From assembly GCA_012295275.1 (NCBI GenBank), contig CM022665.1, positions 8,432,001-8,496,000 of the forward strand: a DNA stretch of 64,000 nt. Direction: 5' to 3'. The notes beneath the pieces are model-generated. The model had not been told where the DNA came from. It saw only the letters and a program-made list of their open reading frames with translations, and searched no databases. The translations under genes were made by a program, and so were the position numbers. Shown one piece after another: positions 39,591 through 54,368 of the stretch; the stretch's first letter is position 1, and each line of letters opens with the position of its first letter. The stretch is from Chrysomallon squamiferum (taxonomy: Eukaryota; Animalia; Mollusca).

Positions 39591-42500
39591 GTTGCAGGTG
39601 TTTGTTTGGTCTGAGCTCGTTTTAGAGATCTTTTTCTCTGGTTGGCGTAAATACGCAAAAAAAGTGCAACAAAAACAAACATGATTCCCAGAAACCCAAC
39701 TACACTGACAGGATGGCCATATATAATACATGATAAAAAGATGGCCAAGCCCTGGCGAACTGTCATGATGATTACAAAAGTAACAGGGCCAAAGCATGAA
39801 ATAGTGTAAAATATAAATAACTGCCCTGCTGCGGAACATATACTGAGCAGTATTGAATGTAAAATGAATTCTGGATAGTGTATCATGAAACTGAAGGATT
39901 CTATAAAACCACCTTGTTCTGCTAAAGCAACTGTTGTCAGAAGACATGAGAACATATTTACTCCCGCCATCATCTGAACAGAAGACATCTTGTAATGTGT
40001 GAAGAGCTCACCCTGCCAGTTAGATGTAAAACTATCAAACAACATGTAACCTATAAGTAGAACAACACCAGAAAATGTTGTCACTGTGTCTTTATGACGT
40101 GTAACATCTCCGCTTGTTAACAGAAACATACTTACACCAATGGATATCAAAACTGCTGTGAAATATTCATAGTACTCATAGGTTTTCTTCGAGACAACCT
40201 TTCCCATCAACATAACAGGTATTACCTTTGATGCTTTGGCTAAAACTTGTGTTGGAAAGCTGACAAATTTGAGGGCCTCATACTGAAACCAACTGCTCAT
40301 AATATTTGAGAAAGAACTGTATGAATATTTATATAATGGTGCTGAATGGTCGGGTTGTTTTCTAAAAAAGATCACAATTAAGGCTATGAGAAAAGCCAAG
40401 ATTCTGTTAACAAACACTAAAAATGTTGAGTTTTTGAAATATTCTCCTTGATCAGTTTCTGTTTTACCATATTCATGAGTCATAATTCTTTCCTGCAATA
40501 CACCCCAAGTCAAATATGTGATCTGTAACCCTCCAAAACAAAACAGCAGATTGAGTCCTCTGTGTATAGTAGATTCTTCTACAACAGGTGTCGACACTTT
40601 TGTAGCAGAACCACCCTCCTCCAGACTAATTTTTTCACTTTCCTTTCCAAAAACACAAAGAACTGTAAGGTTTGACAGACATCCTGGACCTGCAAGTAAA
40701 ATTTTAAAACATAAGAAGTAAATATGTAAAAATTAATTATTCCGAAACAACAACAGCAATACAATATATATTTTTAATGCTGAAATACTATGATCTGAGG
40801 AACAGATTATCCTGAAGTAGTTTAAATAAAATATAATCTGCATATCAAAGATTTACATTCTAATTCATATGATTATAAAAAGATGGTGAAATTAAAACAC
40901 ATAAAAAATAAATAAAAATAAAACTTTTCAAGTTTTAATTATTCTTTTAAAGAATATAATTTTACTGCATCACTGGTGTTAAAATATGTTCTCTTTTTTA
41001 AATGCTTGAGATAAAAAAAATTATAAAGTAAACAGTAGGTTAATAATAATAATAATAATAACTAGAAAACAAGTGGCTCTTTATTAGTGTATTATATCCC
41101 TTTTGTTCACTTAACTTCTGGTTAATGTCTTTTCAAGGTTATTTTATCTTTCACTTTTCATCTCTATCCTTTTTTTCAAAATATAATTATACTCCATCCA
41201 GCTTAACAAACATACATATAAATAAAACATTAAGATTATTTATTTCAAATAATTAATTTGTTTGATAATTAGTGTATTAATAAAAATTAAATATAAGAAA
41301 ACAATATTTTTGTTTTGTTTTTGCTAATGTTTTAACATGATTTGTTTTTCATTAAAATTATTATAAGATCTGAGTTATTTTATTTTTATATAGCAATATG
41401 TTTATTAATGTTAATACTTATCTACATGATGAATCATTTTAAATTAATCTGGTTAAAATAACTATAATAAAAATAAAATTTAAAAATAATTCTGCTTTAA
41501 ATAAATGTCATGTTTAATCAATGCACATTTTTAATTTTACCTCATTACTTTATCCTTTGTAATTTTTACTAAATAATTTTATAATATAGACTGTTCTATG
41601 CAAACTAATTAAACAGGTGTGCAAATTATTTTTTGATATTTATTATATTCCATGTATTTAATCTATACTCCAGCAATTGCATTATCTTTAGTTAATTTAT
41701 TGTTTAAAAAAAGACATGGTTGTTTGTTTTGTTTTGTTTTTTCTTTCTGTTACTTAAAGAATTTTGGGGAATTGGCAGCTGTTACCAAAAGTAAGGACAT
41801 TCAAAAATTTGTTTTAAAAAGAGCATTTTTTAAATGTATTATTCAAAATCACCTTTTACAAAAGACAAATAACTTGTTACTAGGTATTTGAATACATATT
41901 TAACAAATGTACCATGTAATACTGATAAATAACTATTTTGAACAGGAAATACATGTTATTTCAGAATGACAGGAAAAGCATGATTACTGCAGACACACAG
42001 TATTTACCATATTTCACTGATATTAGTGTATTTGATCAGAATCAGACAATTCTATTTTGCAAGTAAAATTATTTAATAATAAGAATTGCTTATTTGGTGA
42101 AGACAGAATCAGCCAAGTGTTGCCACATATGTAATAATAATAATATATCAATATAAATTATATATGTAATAATAATAATTTTAATATATCAATATAAATT
42201 ATATGAATATAAATTACAAAAAGACCCTCATTAAATGCTAGAAATAATATGTGAGCTAGACTTTGTTGATATATATTTTTAAACACTTTAGACCATTTTA
42301 TTATTGCTGACTGCATAACTGGGATTATACAGTTTCTTCCCCTTTGTCTCTGTTTCCTATTTTCTCTGTACATCAGTTTATCTTTATATCTCTCTTTCTG
42401 TGTGTGTGTAAGTTAATTTCCATCAAACAAAATATCTAATCTGAACACTGAGTTTTATCTTTTAAATATTAATTGTAATAATCTGGTGCCAGATTATTAA

Positions 42501-44622
42501 AGAAACATTTGCTTCAGAACACAACAAACCAAAGTTCTGATTATTTTGTCAAGGCCTGTTAAAACACATCATTAGTCTTTGAAGTAAGTGGCTGTCAGAA
42601 ATTCTGTTTTGATTCAGATTACAAAGATAACTCATCACACCAAGTGACAGAGAAAACTTTGTTTTGAATCGGTCAACAACTTTTTTTTTTTATTATTATT
42701 ATCTCTTTTTTTCTCCTTTATTTATTTTTCATCTAATTTATCTTAAATATTTATTTTAACCTTTCATAAACAAACATGTTTTGTTTTGGTTTTTTCAAAC
42801 AAAATGTAGACATATTTAGGTCACTGGAAATAAACAGAATTGGTGAGAAATGTTGAAAATATGAACTTAGTGGCTTGTTTTATAATAGATTTCAATTCTC
42901 AGAACTCTGATATCTGACAGGGTATAAACATTATTGTAAAATTTCTGAAAAAAAGCATGGACAACTGTTCTTCCTATCTATCAGTTCAGAAAAAATTAAA
43001 ACTTGTATTAGATTTTTTTCCACAAAAGATAATATATGAATTAAAGTTAGTAAATAATAAACACTGCAAACTGTCTTAATTGGATTTACAAACTGTTTGG
43101 GTTTTTATATTATTATTTTTTTTAATTTATTTATCATCATTATTATTTTATTTTTATTTTTATTATTTTATAATTATAAATAAACACTCTTTTGATTTGT
43201 TATTGCCATATTATCATTTCATCCTATTCCATTTCTATAATATTTCATTACTGTAAAAATATTAAATGGCTTTGAGGTATACATAACATTTAAAAACAAA
43301 AAAGTAATTAAAAGTTAAAATAATTTAATTGCAGACTATACCCCTATTTAGAAAAGAGGCATACTTGCAGTGAGTCACAAATATCAATCCTCCATATTAT
43401 TGCATTTAGGCTGAATATAAACTGAACAAAGTAATATTCAGTTCAGTACATTTTAAAATTAACAGTCATTACTGGTCAAACTTTAATTATGATCGTCATA
43501 CTGCCCATTATTTCCTATATTCTATGCACAGCCCAATTTCTGATATGTCAAAGATCACAACCTAAAGAAATGTATATCAGCATTTCAGTACATTTTGAAA
43601 TTAAGTTATTATTGAGTCAGTCATACACTTCATATATATGTATAAAAATGATGATATCACCCATTATAGTCTATTTCCAATCCCAGGCTGTAACCAGTGA
43701 CACCTGTATGAAAGATCATGCTATATATTTTCCTATCACTAAAAAAGAACTTTCTTTTATTTAATTTTAATTTTTTTATCTTCCCCCTTCTTCTATATTT
43801 TTATAATTCATAGTTGGAAAAATGTTAACAGGCACAATGTGTATAGATTTTTTCCCTGTAGTCATTATCGTTGTTACACTAAAGCAAAGCATATAATTAA
43901 ACATATATCTTTCTGGTATCTGGTGAAAACAGCCCACAGTGTAGCAACATGTGTTTCCTTTTGTGTACTATTATTACAATATATACTGACAGTAATAAAC
44001 TTTTTTTTAAAAAGGTTGGGTTATCATTACATACATATTTATTCATTCATTCTGGGGTTTTTTAAAATGTCTGTTGGATAAAAGAATTGTATTTAAGTCT
44101 GCAGTGGCTTTGTTATGACAGAAAAAAACAGACTTTCTGAAGTTATTCTAACAAAAGATTCCCCAAATTAGAAATTATATAACACTATTTCATTAGTATT
44201 GTCTTAATTTAGGTTTTAAATAATTATTAAAATTATAGTTTTGACTACAAGTAGATCTGGTACATAGACAACAAATTTTGGCTTTTATTATTCTATGCTA
44301 TTTTGCCAATATCACTCAATTTTAATACTGTAAATACTGAAAACATTAACTTTTCCCTATAAAACTTCAGACACACCTGTATTCTTTTGTAAGTGCAAGA
44401 CTGATTTCATCAGTAATCTTTCTGCTTTGTGTTAACACATTTCAATCACTGAAAACCAGACACTGTACATTTTACTTTGTTTGACAGGGGTCTGGTTTAC
44501 ATGTTTATCATACTCCTTCACTTTTTTTTCATTAATCACGTATATGGTTTTATGAATAATTCTACTTTATTCTGATTTTTATTATCATTATTTTTTTAGT
44601 GAAATGTTACTTTTTATAGTTA

Positions 44623-44666
<44 letters not shown>

Positions 44667-45000
44667 CTATCTTGTGTAATTACTAGCTTAATTACTATTA
44701 CAGCAATTTGCCATAAGTCAATCAATATACGTGTAAACTAGTTATGAAATCATATGAAAAAGGTCCACATTTACCTGCTCTCTCATTGTACTTTGTTTGT
44801 TTCAGATATCTAACCAACAAGGCACCAGGAACAAAAATGGTGGCATAGCCAAGGATATTGACTCCTAGCCGGAACAACCAGAAGTCAAACCAACTATCTC
44901 CAGGTGCAGACTTTTCATCACCATGATCAAGAACATTCTGAGCAAAGATGACATATGGTGTGATGACAAGAAGCAAGGCTGCCACTAAGATATAAGCCAT
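39566..45000 (-). CDS. SLC35B2: PAPS transporter 1 (adenosine 3'-phospho 5'-phosphosulfate transporter), 449 aa from the ATG at 45000
   Basis: Exons 45000-44775 (MAYILVAALL...FWLFRLGVNILGYATIFVPG) and 40689-39566, joined in phase 1. Hallmark motifs GLQITYLTWGVLQERIMT, FLVFVNR, SNIMSSWFQYEALKFVSFPTQVLAKASKVIPVMLMG, FDSFTSNWQ, GQLFIFYTI, IMTVRQ. Confidence 0.95.
44625..44665. repeat. (CA)n microsatellite
   Basis: Direct reading. Confidence 0.95.
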
Positions 45001-45291
45001 CCTGAAAATAAAATAATACAAGTTATCAATTGTTTTTAAACATTCACTGATACACTATCCTCCCACTGACTGTACACTTTTTGAAATGTGAACTGCATGG
45101 CCAAGTGCTTCATCAATAACCCTATGGTTTCTAACTTGAGGATAATAATGCAGTGCATGAATGGATGATACTTAATAACATCTCAGTATAATGAGTATAA
45201 AAAAGTTTTTTTAAAGTCAAACTGATGGCTGTTAAGTAACAGTGATACCAAAGATGAGTTCTGCTGTTAAATCTTCATTGGCTTTTCTTAC

Positions 45292-45317
45292 CTATTAGCA
45301 CCATCTTTTACATTCAT
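45292..45317 (-). CDS. SLC35B2: Candidate alternative first coding exon of SLC35B2 (MNVKDGANR)
   Basis: ATG AAT GTA AAA GAT GGT GCT AAT AG|GTAAGA has a strong donor. Phase 2 joins the acceptor at 45001 in frame with MAYIL. A CCAAT box lies at 45426-45434. Confidence 0.4.
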
Positions 45318-48300
45318 CTTTCTACTGAAACAAATTCATATCATAGCCACTGCAAAACCATTCATGGAGTGCTGTCTAATTTGGGAAATAGCCCAGTACA
45401 ATGCACTAATAAAGACTGGTTCTGCAACCAATCACACCACAGACACACTCTGTCAGGGAAATGTCAGTCACATTTGTCACAGGCTTGATCTCTCTTTACA
45501 CTGCAGTATCGCCAAAGGGTTTAAACAAAACCTGACTGCAATTTTTTTGTTAATACATTTGATGTATAAAAATATTAATACTGTAACTATTATAACTATA
45601 TAATTATATAATTTAATGTCAACATATTTATAATCTCTAATTACAAAGTGTCATATGTTTAGTTAAGACCAGAAAGACAGAAATAATGAGAGAAAAATCC
45701 ATGGGCACAATACAATGGACTACTTATTTTTCTATTAGCAGCAAAGTATCTTTTATATGCACCTTCCCATAGATTTGATAGCAAATCCTTTCCAATACCA
45801 TTGTTTGAGCACCCAGTAACTTGATGAAGTCTGTAATTTAACCTTTCATTTAAATACTTTCTAAATGCCAATAAAAACAAAATTAAAAGTACCAGAATTG
45901 TTTAAAATGTAACCAGAAAAAAAATGTAAATTGTAGTAAGTTATTTGAGTATTTACACCGTATAAAATGTTTCTTTTTAAACATTGATCCACATAGAAAG
46001 TGTGAATGATTTTTACATTTCATATATTCAATAAATACTATTAACTTATCATATGGGGAATGGGGAAATGACACAAAACAAAATTTGATGAAATTCAGCC
46101 AACAAAGAATCAAACATTGACAACTATACCTGATTTATTTTCTGCCTTTTTTAATTGTGCTTTGTCCAAAACAATATCCAGCTTATGTTAGAGATTTATC
46201 TCATTGTATTTACAGCTGACACACAAACACATAGACACAAAGATGCAGCATCTGGTTTAAACACCTATTTAGTCAGAATTCTGTTTACTGAAATAATGAG
46301 TTTAATTATGAAGTTTAAAAATGAAACCCCTAAATAAATTCAGTTTTAGGTTTTTTAGAAACATTTAAAATGTGTTAAATTTGAACCATTATTTTTATCA
46401 TCAATTCATTTTGAAAATTTTTGAACTGAAATACCTTTAAAAGTTCAATTTTAATTTATTTTAAAACAACATTTTTGGTTATGTTCAGTGCTTGAACTTC
46501 TTTTAAAACCAAATACAGATCTTATTTTTTATAAATAATGCTTAAACAAACAAAAAATGTACAACTGTTACATCTGTTTTGCTTTGTAAGAATTAATGGC
46601 AGCAGGGAGGGAAAAAAAGAGAAAAAAAACCCCAACCATCAATGAACCATAGTAGAACAGGCTGCTGTAAATTCGCACCTACAAAGGATACACAGTATGT
46701 TAACACATTCAGGAAAACAATGGTATACATCAGTCATGTGCATGTACCTATGCTGATGACAGACATAAAGGAAGATAAGTGCATTTGTGGATAATTATGT
46801 AGTTTACTCATCAAATTACGCAATTAGCTCAGACCTGTGTAAGCAACAGCTGTCAGAGTCTGATAAAATAAGTCCTTGCAATAATGAAATTTAATACCTG
46901 TCTGTGAAAAAAACATGTTGTCTGCTTCTGTTTATATTGTTTACAAGTTAGTCTATCATCATAAAATGGAAAATTCAGTAAATAAAACACTAAATAACAA
47001 TTTTAAGACTTCAAAATGGATTTGCATGTATGTGTTTGTGTGTATGTGTGTATGCATATAACTTTTTAACTATGAATTGAATGTTCTAAAAGTATTCTTT
47101 CAGTTAATATCCTTTGGAACCATTTAGATTTGAATTTTATTTGACAATTATTTTACTTTTTAAAAATAACAATTAATATTTATTTTAACTATTTACCTAG
47201 AAAACAATGATTATTTTAATACCAATTTCCAGAATCTATGAAGAAAACCAATTGATTCAAACAGCACACAAAATATTATTTAATACTAACTATATCCAAG
47301 TGCATTATATGCACTTTAACACCGGATATAATCTATTAAATATAAGTAACAAAAAGTGTAACTGCACATAATTCATACAGAACTTTAGCACATAACTGAT
47401 AAACACAGCCTGTTGCTGTGTGTAGGTGCAAAATTTCTGTCACAGCGATATGCTAACTCATCTTTCTGTTTCATTAATTACTGTTTTTCTTTGTTGTGTT
47501 GTGTTTTTATTATGGTTTTTTTTGTGAATTTCCATAAAAACAAGATAAAAAAAGATGCCTGCACACCCCAGCCTGCCAAAATATATTATATATATATATA
47601 TATATATATACAATAATAATACTAATAAAATATATAAATTAAAAATGTTTTAAATTTAAAAAAATAAAATAAAATAAAATAAAACAAATCAACTAATAAA
47701 GTCTTCTTATGACTGAAATTAAGATAATATTTTCTTTTGGAGATAAATATTAACATTAGAAATTTCAGTACTTAATAGTTTCCATAATTTTCAGAATCAG
47801 TTCTGAATGTTCTGTAAATATTATATTGCATTTAACCTAGTAAACGGTTTAAAAATTGTTACATCAAATAAAGTAAGATAGCAGAAAAATATAATACTTA
47901 AATGTATATTACTTTATATAATACCCAATGATCAGATATCAACATAATTTCTTAAACATGAACAAACATGATTTTGATAATTTTCTACATCAACATTACC
48001 TGTTAACTGTTCAGCATAAATGATACAGCATGTTTCATCAAGTATCTTTGAAATATTAGAGATTGAAATGATTGGCTAAAACAACAATTTTATATAACAG
48101 TTCTGTAAAACAGAGAGAAAAAAAGGCTGATTGCCACAGTTGTAACAGCTGTCACTTGCTTAGTTTATATATATATATATATATATATGCTAGTTAGCTG
48201 CATACAGAACAATGTGGCTTGAGCTTCCAGCATGTAGAGCCATTTGTTACTTGAACACTGGAGCCATTTTCCTGCTTGTACAATCAAAAAATAAAAATTC

Positions 48301-49871
48301 ATTGTTGACAAAATAAAAAAATAAAATAAAAATAATAATAATAATAATAAAAAAATAATAATATCTTTTAAAAAATGAAGCTGAATGACTATTCTGTAAA
48401 GTGGCAAGTCTGTTAACATCTTACCTTTTCAGTAAATGTAACAATTTCCAGCATGTCCAAGGTAACTGTTTCTCATACAGTATCTTCCTGCACTTGACAG
48501 TAAAGTTTTCCGTTAAATACACATAGGGAACTAATGTACATGTCAATACTAGATTCCCAAAACTATTAGCAAATACAAAAACAGAGTCCAATAATTTTGT
48601 TACAATGTCAAATAAATTAACTTGTATGATCTTATCCATTTGTATAAAAGTATTTTTTAATTCAAAATCCTTTTTTTAATTAATATTAAAACACCAGAAA
48701 TATGAATACTTAAACATATAGCAAATGTAAATAAATATATCTGCATTCTTTGAGGATTTTAATGGCTATAAAATAGCACTGGTTAAATTTACATATTACT
48801 CAATAAAATTAAAAACTAATATAATGTGCTGAATATAACCTCCAAATTTAAGAACTGCATGGATAAATGAAAAACTAAATGAAAATTTAAAGTTTGAAAT
48901 AATAATAAAAATAAACAAAACTACATTTCCTTAATAAAAGCCAATTTGACTATGGAGACTAAGAACTAAAATAAATCTGGACTATATATAACTAAAGGAA
49001 AAATCATCATAAATCTGTTAAAATAGACCACACCAAGATTTGTTAAAAAAACAATGATGACCAAAAAAAAAAAAAAAAAAAAAATGTTCCTTACTCTTAT
49101 CAATATAACTTTGAAATTAGTTAATTAATATATATATATACACAAAATATAAAACTATAAAATTTTACATTTCTTTAGTTAATGTACATAATAATTAATG
49201 TTAACAGTAAATAAAAAAAGCATGGCGAATCTGTATCCAACAAACAAAACTCTTTTACATTGGTAATTGCTGCTACAGAATGGTATGTTTACTTTGAAAA
49301 ACTTTAATTCTAATTAATCATTATATATTTAATTTCAGACTAGAATACACCAAAATAACCTTTGGGTAACTGTGCAATATTCACCAGCTCCATTTCAAGA
49401 TTTTATAAAAATAATCCATAAATTCCTAAAAACTATTTGCAATCTGGTATACTTCTGTCAACAACTACAAATGTTTAAAAAAAAACAAAAAAACAAAAAA
49501 CAAAAAACCCCACCAAAAACACCTCCAAAAAAACCGAACCAACCCGTATTAAAGTACAGATTATTAATATTTATTCTTAACAAATTAATGCATTGTAATT
49601 TGAATATAGTGACCTAAATCTAAAAAAATATACATGTACTAATTTCTGTACTTTACCTGACAGAAAAACTCAAGTCATTTTCCAGGCTGTTTCATAAATA
49701 AAAAACTTGTTTTTCTTTTGGCAAAACATTTTCCTAACAAGTTAGAATCAATATGAATACATGTTATATTATTTATGTATGTCTGAAATATTCACCAACA
49801 AACTGATTAATGATTATCCAATTTCAGTGTAAGCTAAGACAAAAATGTAATTTATGGTCCAAGGTTTAGTG

Positions 49872-50041
49872 CAGCCATTCTCAACCTTTTTTGGCTACAG
49901 CCCTTTTAGGAGTTCTTTTCAGTCTAGGGCCCTCTCACTTATAAAAGAAAAATATGAACAAACTGACAAATAACCTCTGTCTCAGATTTTCCAGTCTGTG
50001 GCCTTTCAAATGTGCTGTGTAGATCCTGTTGAGAATGGCTG
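49872..50041. mobile_element. 170-bp hAT (Charlie-like) MITE
   Basis: Perfect 14-bp TIRs CAGCCATTCTCAAC (49872-49885) and GTTGAGAATGGCTG (50028-50041). Imperfect 8-bp flanks GTTTAGTG / ATTTAGAG resemble the hAT-Charlie NTCTAGAN target-site duplication. Confidence 0.8.
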
Positions 50042-50341
50042 ATTTAGAGCTATATATTTTTAAACCTTTCTATAATAAAGCATACATGAATGTAATTAAT
50101 TAATACAATATCTGTGCAAAACTGCCTTGAGCATTCCTATACCATACAGATAGATGATTATTCTGCTTGGAATATTATAGTCGCTGAATCGGTTTAGTTT
50201 CTTATCAGTTCCTTTTATATTAGACTATTTAATGAAAAATACAATATTTAATAAATATCATAATGAATTTACATTGATAAAAAGAAATTCTCCATAAAAA
50301 TATTACTTCATCTGTATTTCTCAGTTCATACAGAGATGCTT

Positions 50342-50342
<1 letters not shown>

Positions 50343-50400
<58 letters not shown>

Positions 50401-50411
50401 ACACACACACA
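50343..50411. repeat. (CA)n microsatellite
   Basis: Direct reading. Confidence 0.95.
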
Positions 50412-51580
50412 TCTTTCTAAAGAACATTATTTTAGACATAACATATTAATGATGTATTCTTACTTTTGATTTATTTATTAAAACTTTTTAAAATGATTTT
50501 ATTACTTGTATTGTTTTTTGATTTCTTGATAACCGAGGCAGAAATATGTTAAGAAATATTCCAGTATTTTGGTTTTTGTAATACCATGTCTGGTAGTAGC
50601 CAACATGTTAAATGCTTTACGTTTGTGATTAGTGTTTTAGTACTTTTTTCAAATGAAAACGTATTATTTAATTTTTCTTTTCTTTTCTGAGAATTACATT
50701 TAAAGTTTTGTTCATAATGTAATAATGGTTACTGGACAAAACTTTGCAATCATGTCAATTAAATAGACAAAATGCTATCTGAACAGATTTTGCTGTATAT
50801 AGACAGACAGATATATATTTCTGTTTGTGAATCTCTTTCTCTCTCTCTATTGTTCTATGTGTGTGTGTGTGTGTGCATGCGTGTGTAGAAGTGTGGTTTA
50901 GTCTGCCTCCAGTATTTTAATGTGAGAATTCAGTCACAAAATTTCCGCCTACTACTATAAATGCCTTTTTTATGCAATATATGCTAAATCCTCTATTATG
51001 CATCAGTTTTATTAGCTGTCTCAACCAATGTGTTTATTGTGAGATATTTAGGTTAAAAAACTGATGAAAGAAAATAAGGCTAATTCATTGTTAAAGTGAA
51101 GGAGTAATTGAAAAAGAATATGGTATAGATTATAAATTTAGAATAATGTCATAAATTAATCAATAAATTAAAAAAATAAGAAGAATAATTTTAAAAAATC
51201 TTAAATGGATTATTATGAACTATGTTCCTTTGCAGGTAAAACAAAAAAATTCAAGATAAAAAAAAAAATCCTGTCTGCAAGTTGTCTTAAATTTGGCTAA
51301 ATGTTTTTTATTGCCAATATTATCAGAAAATTTTCATCTATAGATTTACAACACCAAAATATTATATACATAAATTTCTGAATCACCAAACAATGAAAAT
51401 TCTATTTTTTGTTTCATTTACTTTTTTAAATGTTTCAAATAAACAGTAATTGTTAGTCCCAACCCATAATCAGTTAACAGAGAATGTTAGTTTCAAAAGA
51501 ACCTTTTCTTACACCTGTTATTAAAAATCAAACTCCCAAAGTCAAACAAAAAAAAGGGGGAAAAAAGAAAGAAAACTCAC

Positions 51581-51603
51581 TTCCTCAGTCCATTTCTGTC
51601 CAT
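51581..51603 (-). CDS. SLC35B2: Candidate upstream first coding exon of SLC35B2 (MDRNGLRK)
   Basis: ATG GAC AGA AAT GGA CTG AGG AA|GTGAGT. Phase 2 plus the G at 45001 gives AAG then ATG GCT in frame. An upstream acceptor ttctcttgcag| lies at 51754. Confidence 0.5.
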
Positions 51604-52236
51604 TTCACCTCTGGTCAACACTGTTAATCATCTAAAATCCACTGAACAACTCTGTAATATCAGAAAGTTAAAGTGTACAATTTAACACTGTACCTGCACG
51701 TTAAAACTAAGACTTTGTAGCAAACAGCGTATTACTGTTTATATATAGTTTACCTGCAAGAGAAACATTTGGGAGGAATGTTTTGGGGTTTGGGGTTCTG
51801 GGTTTTTTTTTTTTTTTAAATTAATAAAATAAATAGTAATAATTCTTTAACATTATAATCTGAATTTGCAGGTTTGATTCCCTATAAATTACTGACTTAA
51901 TAGAGATTAAATTATAACTTCTGGAAGATATTTCTTTATAAAAAACAAAACAATTTCAAATAAAGAATTAGTAGATTAAATTTAATTTACATTAGAATCT
52001 ACAGTGTAAATTCATCTACTAATTCTTTACAGGATATACTTCCCATATAACAATGTATGCTGGTATTAAATAATTTAAAGAGTTACTCAATATTAAATTG
52101 TAATTAACGATTTGAATAAATCAAAGAATATTTCATAACAATAAAATTATTCAGTTTTAGTTTGGGATTATGATACCTGATAGAAAGAACTGCACATACA
52201 GAATGAAATTTACCAAAAAGAACTCCACACAATATG

Positions 52237-52238
<2 letters not shown>

Positions 52239-52283
<45 letters not shown>
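52239..52283. repeat. (TG)n microsatellite
   Basis: Direct reading. Confidence 0.95.
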
Positions 52284-52285
<2 letters not shown>

Positions 52286-54368
52286 AATTAGATAGATATA
52301 GATGCATAAACATTTATACACATTTACAAAGATATGAATGAAGTAAAGTATTTCTAAAAAACACAGTTATCATGTATTCAATAAAAAGATTAACAATTCT
52401 GTTGTTTTTGTATTATTTTTAAATAGCCAGTAGTGTAAACAGCTTCTTGTAATTCAAAGTTTTCTAATTCACTGATCCATCTTATATACTCTGTAACTTT
52501 CTTATTTCGATAATCATGTATATAATTCATGTTTGTTCAGTGGGGTTTTTTAGTAGGTTTTTTCTGAGCTTTTATAATGTAACATTTGTAATATTCAACT
52601 TAGAGGTGAATTTTAATTTAAATAAAGCAATATAGCATAAAGGCTGTTTTAGCAGATGATCTATTCACATACATTTGTTTTGGCAATCAAATATTTGATA
52701 TAGTGCCATGAAAGATACTGTGGATCCCTCTATACAGTATTTTCCAGTAAGTCTTCCCTAAACAGATATTTAAATTAAAGACTTTGATATGTGCTTAAAA
52801 GTAAAAATTTATAATTACAAAAAATGTTATTTTTTAGCTCTATTCCATGTACTCCCATATAAAGCAGACGGCAATGGAAATGTGTGAAACATAAGACTGA
52901 ATAAGATTATTGATACATGTATGTGTGCAAAATATCATTACAAACAACAATGTAAATATCAGAACAGTCTTGAACAAGTATCCAAAATGTACACATTTAT
53001 TTTTTTAAATTTAAAGAGATGTGATTTACAATATATGGTAAAACCAGATTGCACACAGCAGAAACATATATCATACAACTTAAATGTACAAGTTCTGCAA
53101 TAATATTACACAATCCTTAAACAAAGAGCAATTCATTCAAAACATGTCAGTTGATAAAATCACATCACAAATAAAATGTTTTAAATAAATATAATTTCAT
53201 CATAAAATAATTAAAATTTATCATACAATTTATTTAATTCAGGATATTTTCATTACTTCTGTTTGTACTGATCAGAACACTATTTTTAATATTTATTTAT
53301 TATTTATTGCTGCTTTTCTTAAAATATTAGAAGTGGCAAAGTGTTAGCCTATATCAGCAGTTGCCAGACATCTTATTTCACTGACCTATTTGAAAATGCC
53401 ATAAATATCTGAACACCCCAGTACAAAATATTATATTAAATACTTATAAATCTATTTTATGAAATGTTTTTGAATAATAATGATTACAGTATTTATTTAA
53501 CTATATTTTAAAAAACATTTTTATACTGGACTAAAATTTATTTTTAATGTAAAGGGTGGGCATGATGTCTTTTAGACAAAAACTTTAGTGTCTGATGATT
53601 TGTAAGCTTTAATCATATGTCTCCTCTTTCTTCCAAATTCAGCATGTTTCACTGCTTAATCAGAAGTGCTTCAGCATGGATAAATCCAGCTTCAAGTTAT
53701 ACCATGTAAAAAGTGGGAAATGCTGAATCAGAAGGTAGTACACTTGCACAAATTGTTGAATAATTATTTAATTCTCATTTTCTGCAAAATAATTTGGATT
53801 TTTTTTATTATTATTATTTTTTTTATTATTATTACTTTTAACTAATGCATTCAGAATGACTTATTTAACTTATTTTTTATTATTATTTTTTTTTATGACA
53901 TGCAAATGATGGGAAATTTTAGATTCCATTTTCTTCTTCTTTCATCTACTGAATATTAAATCCTTTAACCCAATTTAACGCTCACCAACCCCGTAACGAC
54001 CCTTTAGTTCTCATCGAACCCCAAAGAACAGCCACCGACCACTTAGGCAAACTCTGGTCTAGACTGATTCTGAGAATACAATTACTATGGATTAGATTAG
54101 ACTAATCATTAGTTAACACTAACAGCACTTGGTAAGGCTGGTTTAAAGAATGCTTCTGATTCTCAAAAAACAATTAAAACTCACTTCGTTGATTTATTTT
54201 TTCTCTCCACATTAATATTCTCTCTTTTACAGATATTCCTTTTAATTCCTTATAAAAAGATTAATTGCAAATAATCTACATTTTCTTTGCTTTTTCTTTT
54301 TTCTTTTTTGTAGAAAACTTCACCTCTGCTTACAAACAAATTCGTGGCAGGAATTATTAGACTGTTAC

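Noticed and set aside
39525-39947. 140-aa alternative-frame ORF overlapping SLC35B2
   Set aside because: It is an off-frame shadow of the transporter CDS with no recognisable domain.
41652-53103. Numerous 60-90 aa F/I/L/K-rich ORFs in introns
   Set aside because: Their composition is what random AT-rich sequence produces, many start at non-ATG codons, and they have no domains or consistent splice structure.
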